A stretch of DNA of 64,000 bases from Clostridia bacterium (GCA_050950825.1 JBMNIH010000002.1:256001-320000); one strand, 5' to 3'; counted from the first letter of the stretch, positions 48,554-59,633 are shown. A program made the numbers and translations. The notes: generated from the letters alone by a model not told the origin.

Positions 48554-49420
48554 TTATTCGAATTTTAGCATATGGGAATCGCAAACAGGCCTGTATCCGA
48601 TTTTTTGATAAATGCTATTGGATGTGGGGTTCGCCAAATCCGTGTATAATACACACTTTGTGTATCCGTTGTCTAATGCCAATTGGCTGATTTGGGCGAC
48701 ACAAGAAGTGGCATATCCCTTCCCTCGATAACAAGGAGGAGTATATACAAAAGCGATGCCGACGGCCGTTTGCAGTTCTCTTGTATACCCTGCCATGGAG
48801 ACGGGTATTCCGTCCACTTCCAAAATATAGATCTTTTTGGAGGATATTCGGTATCGATACATATCGATGTCTCGAGGCTCACGCATTGCGGTACCGCCGG
48901 ATTCGGTTGATGCATTAAACGCCTCAAGCCGGTACGGGAAAAAGTACAAATCTTTTTCGTTCAATAAACGGACGGTACCGAATTGCTTCACCTCCGGGCT
49001 TACGGTCGTAAGCTCGTATATACGTTGGTTCATAACGGTTTTATAGGTTTGTCCCTTTCGAGCCGTATATTCTTTTGCAAAATATTCCGCCAAGCTTTTT
49101 TCCGTTATTACGCCGGGAATTTCACAGTCCTTAAGTCCGTCTATCAGACACCGGATGGCTTCGGGATTCATGGTATTGTCCGTTGCATACAGGGTGATAT
49201 TATGAGGCGGCGTCATAAGGGCGGTAAGTCGTATACCCTTTGCATCCGAAACGGTTGCCATCAGCCAGTATGCCGGATCACACCGGCTCGTTTTATCCTT
49301 TCCTTCATGCCCGATGATGACATTGCCTAGGATAATCATATTTTGCGACTCGCTAAGCATTAGCACGTCATATGTATCGTTGTAGAATTCATGTACATCC
49401 GTATACCGTTTGAATTTCAT
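48554..49420 (-). CDS. GNAT-family N-acetyltransferase
   Basis: VYTPP.YRGKGYA and LYTDLANPTSNSIYQKIGY. Confidence 0.9.
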   Translation of the reverse strand: MKFKRYTDVHEFYNDTYDVLMLSESQNMIILGNVIIGHEGKDKTSRCDPAYWLMATVSDAKGIRLTALMTPPHNITLYATDNTMNPEAIRCLIDGLKDCEIPGVITEKSLAEYFAKEYTARKGQTYKTVMNQRIYELTTVSPEVKQFGTVRLLNEKDLYFFPYRLEAFNASTESGGTAMREPRDIDMYRYRISSKKIYILEVDGIPVSMAGYTRELQTAVGIAFVYTPPCYRGKGYATSCVAQISQLALDNGYTKCVLYTDLANPTSNSIYQKIGYRPVCDSHMLKFE

Positions 49421-49432
49421 AACATACTCCTT

Positions 49433-49970
49433 CTAGTCATCCAAAGAAGACGATTCAAGATCAAACTCTACAATTTCTCCGTTCTTAGGAAGCAGTTTAC
49501 TCGTTACGGCCTGAATCATCACTCCGTGGCAAGCGACGATGGCTTTCTTATTTGATGCATACTTCAATAATACACGAATAACACGTTCTTTTATGGATTG
49601 CGCTTCTTCCCACTCTTGATCCTCCGAAGAATGCACTCCGTTATATCTTACATATTCATCATAAGCCCGCTCCGCCGTTTCTTCATCCTCGTAGATGTAA
49701 TTCCGATTCGCCGGCCATTCATGCAGATCCGTTTCAATGGCTATGTCAATGCCCAATTCCTTGGATAAAATGGCTGCCGTATGTACCGCTCTTGTATACG
49801 GCGAGCAGAGAATGATATTCGCATCGGATAATCTTTCGTCTTTTGGCGGTTTCCTTTATTTGAGCGATTCCTTCTTTCGATAATCCTGCCGGATTGACGC
49901 CGAACCCTTGGTGTATTTTGACATTCCGTTCCGAATAGTCCGTCTTTCCATGCCTTATGAAATGAAACAT
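49433..49970 (-). pseudogene. Histidine phosphatase, frameshifted
   Basis: RHG N-terminus (49746-49970). Removing one A from the run at 49841-49844 restores DERLSDANIILCSPYTRAVHTAAILSKELGIDIA, joining ORF 49433-49756. Confidence 0.82.
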
Positions 49971-50062
49971 CGTGCTCTCCTTGCGTTTTGATTTTATTCC
50001 ATTGAATTACATACTACATTTTCCAATCGAAAACTCAAAGTTAAAATTTTAGACAAAAGTTT

Positions 50063-51217
50063 TTAAGGTTTGGATCCGGCATATGCGATTTCCTTCTCGG
50101 TTTTTGTCCTCATTCGAAGGATACCTGCCATTTTATCGGATAAGGTCGTATCGATTTCTCTCACTTTTTCAATGTATGATTCTACATTTTTAAATTCTTT
50201 TATCTTATGACCGAAAAGAATTTCTTCCATATGGTTTCGGATCATATGAGCACCGTTTAATTGCTTTTCATCTTGAACCGTACCGATCAGCATCAGGGTA
50301 TCTACCAAGCAATCCAAAACCTCTTCTTTTATAAAAGGCTTGTCCAACCTATTTGTATACCCCTTTAATTCTTCATCCCATTTCCGATCGTTTAACGCCG
50401 CTTGTACAATCTCTTTCGACCGCCCGACGGCGCACTTGTTTCCTTGGCACGTTTGACAATATGCCCGGCCTAGGCAAATATTGTCCAAATCCTCTTTCAT
50501 ATGCAAATAATAATCGCGGAGCCGCTTCGATTTGACAGCAAGATCCGACCGAATTCCTTCCCGATTTCTTCGGATTAAGGTACGAACCATCAGGAATGTT
50601 GTTAAGGCCAAAACACTCAAGACCGGTATTACAATGTACCCATTTAAAAAACGACCCGGGACCGTTTGGCAGAGCTTCTGAAGTCCGAAAAACATAAAAA
50701 TGGCAGCCGCCAGTAATCGGATACCGAGCTCCGGAATCTTATCGCCTAACTTTTTACCCACAAATATTCCCAAGGCGCCGGTGGCGATCATCCCCGATAC
50801 CGTTCCCGCCAAGATCATGACCGGATATGCGGCATCCGCCGCCAGCGTGATCGCCGTTAATTGGGTCTTATCGCCCAGTTCGCCTAAGAAGAAAGCCACG
50901 GCAACGGTAACCGTCGGTCCGAATTGTATTTTCAGCTCTTCCTCTTCTTCCTCGTTATCGGGCTTTAACGTCCAAAGTGCAAATCCCACAAATGCGGCTC
51001 CGGCAATCATCTGTATAGTGTTGACAGGAATCCATTGGGACAGATAGCTTCCCAGAACAACCGCCAAGCCGTGGTTCAAAAACGCTCCCAATCCTATCCC
51101 GATCAATACCTTTCTCACCGGATATCGCGTAGCAAATGCCAAGGCCAGAATTTGGGTCTTGTCCCCCATTTCGGCAATGAATATGAGTAAAAATGCCCGT
51201 ACCATATCTTGAATCAT
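50063..51217 (-). CDS. TMEM165/GDT1 (UPF0016) Mn2+/Ca2+ exporter with Cys-rich C-terminal extension
   Basis: Two ExGDKT motifs (EMGDKTQ, ELGDKTQ); RBS GAGG before ATG 51217. Confidence 0.92.
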   Translation of the reverse strand: MIQDMVRAFLLIFIAEMGDKTQILALAFATRYPVRKVLIGIGLGAFLNHGLAVVLGSYLSQWIPVNTIQMIAGAAFVGFALWTLKPDNEEEEEELKIQFGPTVTVAVAFFLGELGDKTQLTAITLAADAAYPVMILAGTVSGMIATGALGIFVGKKLGDKIPELGIRLLAAAIFMFFGLQKLCQTVPGRFLNGYIVIPVLSVLALTTFLMVRTLIRRNREGIRSDLAVKSKRLRDYYLHMKEDLDNICLGRAYCQTCQGNKCAVGRSKEIVQAALNDRKWDEELKGYTNRLDKPFIKEEVLDCLVDTLMLIGTVQDEKQLNGAHMIRNHMEEILFGHKIKEFKNVESYIEKVREIDTTLSDKMAGILRMRTKTEKEIAYAGSKP

Positions 51218-51249
51218 AAAAAAATTCCTCACATTATCCGTTTCGAATT

Positions 51250-51297
51250 AAAAAAGACCTTCAGATTACCGGGTAAACGCCGATAATCTAAAAGTCT
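51250..51297 (-). terminator. Riboswitch expression-platform terminator
   Basis: AGACTTTTAGATTATCGG-loop-CCGGTAATCTGAAGGTCT followed by a T run; overlaps the 3' strand of the aptamer P1. Confidence 0.8.
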
Positions 51298-51398
51298 CGC
51301 TACCTTTAATTAATGATACCATTAAAGTTGATAAGACCAAGATTGCTCCGGTATGTTGATCTTATCTTGGTTTCCCACAGCTACTCCCTTTTAGAATC
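51285..51398 (-). ncRNA. yybP-ykoY manganese riboswitch
   Basis: AAAAGGGAGTAGC...GATCAACATACC...GCGAGACTTTT signature upstream of a UPF0016 exporter. Confidence 0.9.
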
Positions 51399-51404
51399 GT
51401 TGCA

Positions 51405-51433
51405 ATTATATCAAGGTGAATGATTTTTGTCAA
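51405..51433 (-). promoter_or_regulatory. Consensus sigmaA promoter for riboswitch/TMEM165
   Basis: TTGACA-17 bp-TATAAT with extended TG; the -35 overlaps the upstream gene's stop codon. Confidence 0.85.
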
Positions 51434-53169
51434 TCCGTTCCTTTGGTTTCAAAAACCAATGCGGCATACAAAGATGCGGTCCAGCCGTAATCTCTAATGG
51501 ATTGCATTCTTATTTTGAAATTATACGGTTCGATAGGTTTTCCCTTTCGATTCAATTTGGCAGGGGATGTTCTGTTCGTACTGTCATAGTATTCATACAG
51601 ACAACCGTCGTGTTTGTACCAAAAAGCAATGGCATCGATGGTTTTTTGTGCAATGCTTTTTGCAAGCTCAGCATATCCGTAGTCCTTTAATCCCCGGATT
51701 ATCATGTAATTGTAATTGATCCACACCGGTCCTCGCCACATATCCGTACCGAAGGTAGGATCGTCCTTCGATACGCACGGTATCGGAAGCTCCGTATTAA
51801 AGGAATTATCATCCGTTAAATGGTTATACAGGCATTTCGCTCTGGAGGTATCGCATATTCCTGCAAACAACGGAAGAAAGGAAGCCACGGTTTTTACCTT
51901 TTTAAACCTTCCGTTTGAAAGGATTCGATCGTAATAGAATTTATCTTCTTCGTCCCATAAATAATCATTGACCGCATTTTTTATATCCTTGTAAACTCCA
52001 TTCCAGTATTTCGCATCGGAAAACTTGGCTAATGCCAAAGCCATTTTCTCCATGCATCTAGCCTCGTTCGCCATAAAGCATGAAAAATCGATACAATCCA
52101 TCTCAACAACGCCATCGAACCTCGGAGAATTATCCATACCGCTTTCGTCGCATCGGCATACGATACTATCCTTGTTTACTTTCCATTCGAATAGTCGATT
52201 CTTGTTGGTATCTCGGTTTTCCATATTCCATTTCAAGTAGTTTTCCAACCGTTCATACGCTTCTTCTAAAAAACCTTTATCATGAAAATGTTCATACAAG
52301 TCATATACGCCCCAAGCCAACACGGGTGGCTGGGTAATACGGGAGCGTTCTCCCGTTGATACCGCCATATGAGGAATAAAGCCGTCTTCTTCCTGAGTCG
52401 TTAAGACCGCCCGAATGCTGTCATAAGCGAGCTCCTTGGAAATATGCTTGTTTCCGAAGGAATGAAACACCGAGTCCCACAGCCATATCTTTTTATGGGG
52501 CAATCGATCCGGTGTCGTCCACATGGTATTAAATATACCCTCGGGCGAATATACTTGTGATTTCATAACCGAGAAGCTTTTGTAAAGCGTCATTTCCGTA
52601 TCTTCATCGAGACCTTCAATCTTCGGAAGCTTTTCAAAAAAGCCGATCTTTTTCTTGGACTCATTTTCTACATCGGCTTCCATTGCTTTCTTTAACTTAT
52701 TTATTGCATCCTCTTCCGATACCTTGCTGTACGATAAAGCGAATCGAATACTATCGTCTTCTTCTTTTTTGGTAAAAGCAAAGGTTTCTCTATCGAATAT
52801 GAATACATTCATTTCGTGGTTGACTTTTACGTTATTCGATCCCGGAGAAAACACGTAAGGAACGGCGCACTTGGGTGCCAAACCGATGACGGTATTTTCC
52901 GTATGGAATAAAAATACCAAAGGCAGCTTCCGTCCGGTTTTTCGATGCAAGACATGCATCTTAACGATATCGGATGCAACCGACTCGTATTCAATATCGC
53001 CGATGTCTTTAAAGTAAAACCCTAAAACGATATGATCGCTCGCGTGAAAAATGACACCGTTCATATCACCGCAAAGAGTACCCGTCAAACTGTTTTCATA
53101 TGTATTAACGCCATCCAAACCGGAAAATGCAAACAAGCTTCCCTGGCCCCAAATATTCGGTAAAACCAT
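51430..53169 (-). CDS. GH63/trehalase-like (alpha/alpha)6 glycoside hydrolase
   Basis: WLWDS.FH, TQPP, ESGMDNSPRFD, WRGPVWIN.NY and EYYD motifs; RBS GGAGG before ATG 53169. Confidence 0.88.
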   Translation of the reverse strand: MVLPNIWGQGSLFAFSGLDGVNTYENSLTGTLCGDMNGVIFHASDHIVLGFYFKDIGDIEYESVASDIVKMHVLHRKTGRKLPLVFLFHTENTVIGLAPKCAVPYVFSPGSNNVKVNHEMNVFIFDRETFAFTKKEEDDSIRFALSYSKVSEEDAINKLKKAMEADVENESKKKIGFFEKLPKIEGLDEDTEMTLYKSFSVMKSQVYSPEGIFNTMWTTPDRLPHKKIWLWDSVFHSFGNKHISKELAYDSIRAVLTTQEEDGFIPHMAVSTGERSRITQPPVLAWGVYDLYEHFHDKGFLEEAYERLENYLKWNMENRDTNKNRLFEWKVNKDSIVCRCDESGMDNSPRFDGVVEMDCIDFSCFMANEARCMEKMALALAKFSDAKYWNGVYKDIKNAVNDYLWDEEDKFYYDRILSNGRFKKVKTVASFLPLFAGICDTSRAKCLYNHLTDDNSFNTELPIPCVSKDDPTFGTDMWRGPVWINYNYMIIRGLKDYGYAELAKSIAQKTIDAIAFWYKHDGCLYEYYDSTNRTSPAKLNRKGKPIEPYNFKIRMQSIRDYGWTASLYAALVFETKGTD

Positions 53170-53524
53170 GCGTATACCTCCCTTAGAAAATGTCTTCATT
53201 CCATCCATAGTCTCATTTTTTAATCGGTTTTGAACCGACAGAAATAATGCCGTTTAATCGTTAGCGAAATATTAAAGATCCGATTTACTCTTTTTTTGCC
53301 TTTGAATACCGTGACGTATACAGGACTTATGCCTTTGATACGAGGTTTTCCGAAAACTCCGTTTGAAACGGATACTTGAATAGTCGTATGCATACCGATA
53401 ATCCGGGGCGGCGGTAAAATGTGATCTTTCACTACCGTATCGGAAAACGTGGAATGCATCCTATCGGTCAAAATCGGACAATCGAGACCCGATAAAAGAA
53501 TCTCGCTTGCATCGTACAATATTA

Positions 53525-55405
53525 TTAATCTTTAAAGATTCGAACACGGAAGCTTCCTTCTTTAGGAACGGTCCTTGTTATGACCATTCGGTATAGTCCT
53601 TCATCTCCCCAAACCGACTTTAAGCGCTCATCCGAGACATCGCAATGCTCGATGGCCGTTTTCGTATTTTTCTTATCGTATTCCATGAAAAACCATGTAT
53701 TTGCATCGATTGAAACCCGAACAAGTTCGGTCATGTCGCATCCGTCGTCTATAACCGCCGGCTTTTTCCACATCATAAAGTTTAAGCTTATTACGTTGTT
53801 TTCATTTTCAAAAGAGAAGGTATCCGTAATTTCGATAGATGATTTTTCGTCCGGGTTTTTCCCTCGATTCATACGATATGTTCGGTTATAATATTGGACT
53901 TGTGCCGCTTTCGGATAAGCGTTTTGAATGTCTAAGGAAAACGTAACGGCTTCATCCGTCCTTGAATAAAGTACGTTCGATGCACCGTATTCCCTGCCCG
54001 GCCGTTGCATGATTCCGTTTATAGTAGGGACATTGTGATATTGAGACTGCATCGTCCATATGTCATACCTTTGAGAACTGAAGGTTTTCTTTGTATAGGT
54101 TTCCACCCCGATATCAATGATTCCGGGTAATCCGTCTACAAATACAATACAGGAACCTACATCGTTATGGTTGTGGCTTTCGTCGTTGTGTCCCCCCTTA
54201 GCCGCCAAATAGAGTCCGGCCGATGAACCTTCTTTCTCTCGAGCCGCCATAACCTGTATACCGTCCATCCACACATCCTTCAAATAGGGAGGCTCCGATT
54301 TATAACTTGTCAGCTCTCCGAAATTGAAAACCGCCGGAAGAGCGCGTCGGAGAGCTTCCGCGCAAAAACAGGCACTTGAAGGTACACCTGCGGCAAACGA
54401 TACCATATTCTCATCTTGTATTCTTTTGCCGTATAGATAAATCATATCTTTTGCAACATTGATCTTTGCACTGCCGTCGGCAAAGTTTATAAAATATTGA
54501 TCGGCTATATGACAACGATATATGAAACGACCGATTTGACGCACCAAATTGTCCGAGAAGAAATCGATTTTACCGTCGGAAGCCAAGTACAGTTGATCAA
54601 GACAGTCGAATAAGGCTCCTCCTGCTACACCCCAATAGGTTGTACCTTCATCGCATCCTCCGTCATCGTGGTAAGTGTCCATAAAGGAGTCCAGACATCT
54701 TAACATTTTTTCTAAAGCCTTTGCCCTTCTTATTTGGTCATATTCATTAAGCAGAAAAACACTCATCACGTTTGCAATTATCCACGGAGTCCAATTGTTA
54801 ACCTTCTTCGTTGTCACGCCCATCCACCAAAAATCTTCTCGATGAATAAAGGGCTTTTTTATACGATCCTCCAATTCGATATCAATTCTCCGAGTTATTC
54901 GCGGGGTTACCTTGTTCAGTTCATCCGAAAGCAGGTATTTTGTCCATGCCAAAAGCGCCCCCGTTTCGGCTGCAAACAAGTCGATGTATCTGTCTTCCAC
55001 ATCGGGCAATGGCTCGACGGGTCTTACACCGTTATGGGCCGATATTCCCCAGAAGGATTCCTCACAAATGCACCAGATACCGTTGATAATATCGTCGATA
55101 AATCTTCCTTTTCCTTCTACGCATTCGCCCAATACCAAGGCCGCTAATGCCTTTCTTCTTGGAAAGTGATTGTCCTCATAGGCTTTTCTGTCGCCGGTTC
55201 TCATGAAAGCCATAAAATCAACCGCAGTAAGAGTCGGCCATTGAAACCCGAGGTATTTCTCCGCTTCCGCTATGCAAATATTCGCCGCTTCGTCCGAAAC
55301 ATTCTCCCACTTTTCTCTTTCCGTTGCCGTAGGATACGGATGATAATCGTGAACATTTTTTATGAGGTCCGTAATTTGATTGCTTTTTAGCCATTCGGTG
55401 AACAT
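53525..55405 (-). CDS. Heparinase II/III-family protein
   Basis: DLFAAET, NNWTPW, DGGCDEG..YW, NFAD, KGGHNDESHNHNDVG and MQSQYHN motifs; RBS AAGGAG before ATG 55405. Confidence 0.88.
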   Translation of the reverse strand: MFTEWLKSNQITDLIKNVHDYHPYPTATEREKWENVSDEAANICIAEAEKYLGFQWPTLTAVDFMAFMRTGDRKAYEDNHFPRRKALAALVLGECVEGKGRFIDDIINGIWCICEESFWGISAHNGVRPVEPLPDVEDRYIDLFAAETGALLAWTKYLLSDELNKVTPRITRRIDIELEDRIKKPFIHREDFWWMGVTTKKVNNWTPWIIANVMSVFLLNEYDQIRRAKALEKMLRCLDSFMDTYHDDGGCDEGTTYWGVAGGALFDCLDQLYLASDGKIDFFSDNLVRQIGRFIYRCHIADQYFINFADGSAKINVAKDMIYLYGKRIQDENMVSFAAGVPSSACFCAEALRRALPAVFNFGELTSYKSEPPYLKDVWMDGIQVMAAREKEGSSAGLYLAAKGGHNDESHNHNDVGSCIVFVDGLPGIIDIGVETYTKKTFSSQRYDIWTMQSQYHNVPTINGIMQRPGREYGASNVLYSRTDEAVTFSLDIQNAYPKAAQVQYYNRTYRMNRGKNPDEKSSIEITDTFSFENENNVISLNFMMWKKPAVIDDGCDMTELVRVSIDANTWFFMEYDKKNTKTAIEHCDVSDERLKSVWGDEGLYRMVITRTVPKEGSFRVRIFKD

Positions 55406-55676
55406 GGGGTATCGGCTCCTTTTTATAAAAGTAGGTCTTTCATAATGATTATATATTTTTGAATCGTTATTTATCAATGTGTGTGCCAAAATTATAAAGC
55501 TTTAACAACACATAGAAAAAGATCATTTACGTTTAAATCCATGCCAATACCATATACAACAAAACTTTTAAAAGCAAATAGACCTTTGTAATCGGCTATT
55601 TTCAAGGATTTCAAAGATCTTTTCGCTCTTATGGACTGTTAAATTTATAGGTGGTAATAATCCATTGATTTGTTAC

Positions 55677-57222
55677 TTACTCATGTTCCTTTTTCGGTGA
55701 CATCATCGCAATTTTGATTTTTTCTCGTAAAGCATCCGTGTCCGATAAATTATATAGCTTTAAGTATTCATTATATGAACCGGTCTTGTTACGAATATAG
55801 GAATCGATACCGGATATCAAGCGATATCGCTCATCCAAAAAATCAATTGCTTCGGAATCACTATTTCTTAGCTCGTTTATGGCCATTATTAATGCTTGAA
55901 AATTGCTTTCATACTCGTAAGCACTCTTATTCATTCCCTGAGCCGAAACATATTCGCTTAAAAAAGAATTCCATAAACCGAAATCGTGAGTCAATTTCGG
56001 TTCTATATACGGATTCTCAAATCTTAATACTTCAAAATTATACATATTATTATGCTCTATACCATTTGGGGTGTTACTATAGTTTCGATTCTCAATTCCG
56101 TAACGAAACAGAATATAATTATCTTGGTCCCACTCCAAAACGTGTAAGAAAATCAATGCCGCATCGATGTTTTCGCAGGTCGAACTAATAAAATATTTGG
56201 GTTCGTACCGAAGAACGCCGTAAGGAGCATTGGTTTTGATCGGCATCACGGTGTAGGATTGCGTGAAGTTTGCGGTGTTGCTATATATCTGCTTTCGGAA
56301 AGACGAATAGGACACAAGCTCTATAACCGGAGCAACCGGAGGCTTTACCTGCTTTGTCGCTCCGTAACTTGAGTTTTTATATTTCACAGGGTCCGTCCAA
56401 CCCTCATCCCACCGGAACGTTCGATACTCCAAAGTCCCTAGCGTAGCGTAAATTTTCTCGGCATATTCGAATGCATCGATAAACAAATCATTATCCTCAA
56501 AAAACGTCAATTTATCATTGTCAAGAAGAATATTGTACGACCTTAACATGAGCGGAAGTCCGTTGTCGTAGAGAATAAGCCGGGAAATGAAATCGAAATT
56601 AATAATTCCGTAATAGCCGCTATCGATGTGATTGTTCAACTCCAAGTAAATGTCCGCTACTTCATCTAAGGTCAAATAGCGATTCTTATCTTCTATTTCA
56701 TAAAAGTCGTTATGAATCACAAGAGTAAATAGATTATATACAGGGCTTTGGCATCCGGGTATTGCCATGATCCTTCCCTCGTATGTAATTTCTTCGGATA
56801 AGCCGGGGTCTCATTCGAGCATCATACGAATTTCCGGATAAAAGCTGTTAACGTAATCCGTTATGTCCGCTGCATAACCCTTATCCATGATTCGGTACTT
56901 AAGATCAAGCCCGGTTACGTTCGCCACATAAATGTCGGTGTTATCTCCCGAAGATAATCGCAAATCCATCACCGTACTTTTTTCTTATGGACTCCGTTAA
57001 TTCCTCTATTCGCATATCAAAATCCGCAAATGCTTCTTTCGTACCGCCGGGGTAAAGATATAGAAACAAAAGCTCCTTTGTCTGATCGATTGGGTATGTA
57101 GATTCCGAAACATTATCGGAAGTGTTTTCGGTGATTAACGGGCTATTTTCGGAACATGAGGCACCAATCAGGATGAAAAATATAATGACAAGAATTAAAA
57201 ACCGTTTAATTCTTTTATCCAC
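55677..57222 (-). pseudogene. Divergent SBP-like lipoprotein, frameshift plus nonsense
   Basis: Lipobox GASC in ORF 56941-57222; frameshift near 56950; then DIYV...AADITDYV..FYP...E*DPG with TGA at 56811-56813, in frame with ORF 55677-56768 (YGIENRNY). Confidence 0.75.
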
Positions 57223-57798
57223 CTTTTACACCTCCTAATTTATATTTCACAATATAATTATAATATAAAAATGAAGAAATGTATAATTCATACACTGTCC
57301 GGAATCCGATTTAAAAATGAACTTATTCCGTCTTTCTGTGCTTTTGCCTGTATTTCATAATCTACGCCTTTTTTTCCGTTGCCGATTTATATGTAATCTA
57401 TATATAATACACACCACATATAAAATCATAAATATTATTTCATACTTGGTAAGTATTGTATTTGTCAATTTTGTATGATGCATGACAAAAATTCGATATA
57501 ATTATTAAATTAATGGAATTTTACTCACCGATTCCATTTACTCAAAAAACCGTGCGCTTAAATAAAAATCATTTCTCGGAAAAGAAATATAATTTCGCAA
57601 AACGAATTATTTCTGTTCGTAATTTTCAAAATTATTCAATCGTCAAAAAGATTTCTTGTCAATATTATATTATTTTCTTCTTGATTTCGTAAGGAAAGTA
57701 GCGCGAAGAGGCATAAAAATCGTCAAAAATCCTTTATAATGGAACTATAGAAATTTTCGTATCTAGAAAATCCATATAGAACCGAACGAGGTGATGAA

Positions 57799-58392
57799 AT
57801 GGAGCAAAACCCGTGGAATGCGGCAAAAGAATCGTTGCAAATAGAAATACAAGCATTGAATTTTTTGTCGGAATACATGGACCATGATGCCTTTGAGCAA
57901 GCTACGGATGCATTGGCAAGCGGACAAAAGATCATCACATGCGCCAGCGGTACTTCCGGTATAGCGGCAAAAAAGTTTGCTCATTCTTTATGCTGTATTG
58001 AAAAAAACGCCATGTTTTTGCCGCCTTGCGAAGCATTGCATGGAGGATTAGGTGCCTTAAAGAAAGAAGATGTTATGGTCATGGTATCAAGAGGAGGCAA
58101 AACCGCCGAGTTGCTACCGATCATTGATGTATGCAATAAAAAGGGGGCTGTTTTAATCGGGGTAACGGAGAATTTGGAATCGCCATTGGGCAAAAAGTCG
58201 GATATTGTTTTGCCCGTAAAGATCGAAAAGGAAAGCGATCCTACCGGTTTAATGGCAACCGCAAGCTTTATCGTGACCGTGGCTCTTTTTGATGCCTTAT
58301 TGTCTGCATTAATAGTTAAAACCGGCTATACTCGAGAGCAATTCGGTCTGATCCACCCCGGAGGAGCCGTGGGTCAGCTGTTGAACAAATAA
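57799..58392 (+). CDS. SIS-domain sugar-phosphate isomerase (KpsF/GutQ-like, no CBS)
   Basis: SGTSGIAAKK, EALHGGLG, SRGGKTAE and HPGGAVG. Confidence 0.88.
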   Translation: MEQNPWNAAKESLQIEIQALNFLSEYMDHDAFEQATDALASGQKIITCASGTSGIAAKKFAHSLCCIEKNAMFLPPCEALHGGLGALKKEDVMVMVSRGGKTAELLPIIDVCNKKGAVLIGVTENLESPLGKKSDIVLPVKIEKESDPTGLMATASFIVTVALFDALLSALIVKTGYTREQFGLIHPGGAVGQLLNK

Positions 58393-58407
58393 AAAAGGAG
58401 ACGGAGC

Positions 58408-59109
58408 ATGTATAAAGGAATAAATATAAAACCGCCTTTTTTTGAAATAGGTCCGAAAGCCTATCTATACGGCGAAGAAATGTTGGCTTTGGCTAAAGTT
58501 ATTGATAAAACGGCCATCAAGTACGATGTAGATATTATAGTCACGCCCCAAGCCGTGGATATCCGATTGCTGGCGGAAAATACCGAGCGAATATTGGTGT
58601 TTGCACAGCACATGGACTATTTAAGGCCGGGAAGAGGAATGGGAGCCATGCTGCCGGAAGCCGTAAAAGCCGCCGGAGCAAAAGGCGTGATGTTGAATCA
58701 TGCCGAACACAAATTAACCCCGGATGTGCTAGAGAAAACCATTCAAAGAGCGGACGAAGTCGGATTGGCTACCATTGTTTGCGCGGATACCGTGGAAGAG
58801 GTGAAAGCCATCGCACATATGGCTCCGAATATTATCGTTGCAGAACCGACGGAGCTCATCGGTACCGGACAAACCAGCAGCATGGAATATGTAAGGAAGA
58901 CCATAGAAACCGTAAGGCAAATCAACGAAGAAATTATGGTTCTGCAAGGAGCGGGAATCAAAAACGGTAACGACGTATACCGTGTGATTTCAAGCGGAGC
59001 CATGGCAACAGGAAGCACCAGCGGAATTATCTTGGCAAAAGATCCGTATGCCATGGTAGAAGAAATGATCTATAACCTGCGCTTGGCGTGGGATCGAATT
59101 CATAAATAA
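58408..59109 (+). CDS. Triose-phosphate isomerase family protein (short, archaeal-like type)
   Basis: FAQH.D, LNHAE, AEPTELIGTG and GAGI motifs; EIGPK in place of N(W/F)K. Confidence 0.85.
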   Translation: MYKGINIKPPFFEIGPKAYLYGEEMLALAKVIDKTAIKYDVDIIVTPQAVDIRLLAENTERILVFAQHMDYLRPGRGMGAMLPEAVKAAGAKGVMLNHAEHKLTPDVLEKTIQRADEVGLATIVCADTVEEVKAIAHMAPNIIVAEPTELIGTGQTSSMEYVRKTIETVRQINEEIMVLQGAGIKNGNDVYRVISSGAMATGSTSGIILAKDPYAMVEEMIYNLRLAWDRIHK

Positions 59110-59132
59110 TTACTTTTTGGGAGGAAACGAAT

Positions 59133-59633
59133 ATGGCAGTTTACAGAGGAACCATCGAATTGCAATCAAGAGATCACAAACCGCATTTTCACAATGTCAC
59201 CGACAAAGTGAAGGAAATCGTAAAAGAATCGGGTATTAAAAACGGTATTGTGGTAGTGTATTCACACCATACCACCTGCTCGGTTATAACCCAGGAATGT
59301 TCGCATGACCTTACCTATTACGGAAGAGAATACTTGCAACAGGATTTAATCAATATCATGGAAAAATTAATTCCGACCTGCCAACACGAAGGTCAATACT
59401 TGCATCCGGGTCCGAAGCATATTGAATTTGCATTATCCATTCCCGGCGAAGTCGCCAAGGGAAGCCTTAACACGGACGCTCACTTACGTTCCTGTATATT
59501 CGGCCGTTCCGAAACCATCGTATTGGTTGACGGCGAATTGAGCCTTGGAGATTTCGGATTTATCTATTTCATCGATTGGGACCAGGTTCGTGAACGTAAA
59601 AGAGTGTGCGAGGTTCAAATTATAGGTGAATAA
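59133..59633 (+). CDS. yjbQ: YjbQ/UPF0047 family protein
   Basis: HTTCSV..QE, NTDAHLRS and LG..G.IYF.D.D motifs. Confidence 0.85.
   Translation: MAVYRGTIELQSRDHKPHFHNVTDKVKEIVKESGIKNGIVVVYSHHTTCSVITQECSHDLTYYGREYLQQDLINIMEKLIPTCQHEGQYLHPGPKHIEFALSIPGEVAKGSLNTDAHLRSCIFGRSETIVLVDGELSLGDFGFIYFIDWDQVRERKRVCEVQIIGE

Noticed and set aside
53220-53519. 99-aa ORF or structured RNA between the lyase and GH63 genes
   Set aside because: Only short local hairpins, no RBS and no recognisable motif; insufficient support.
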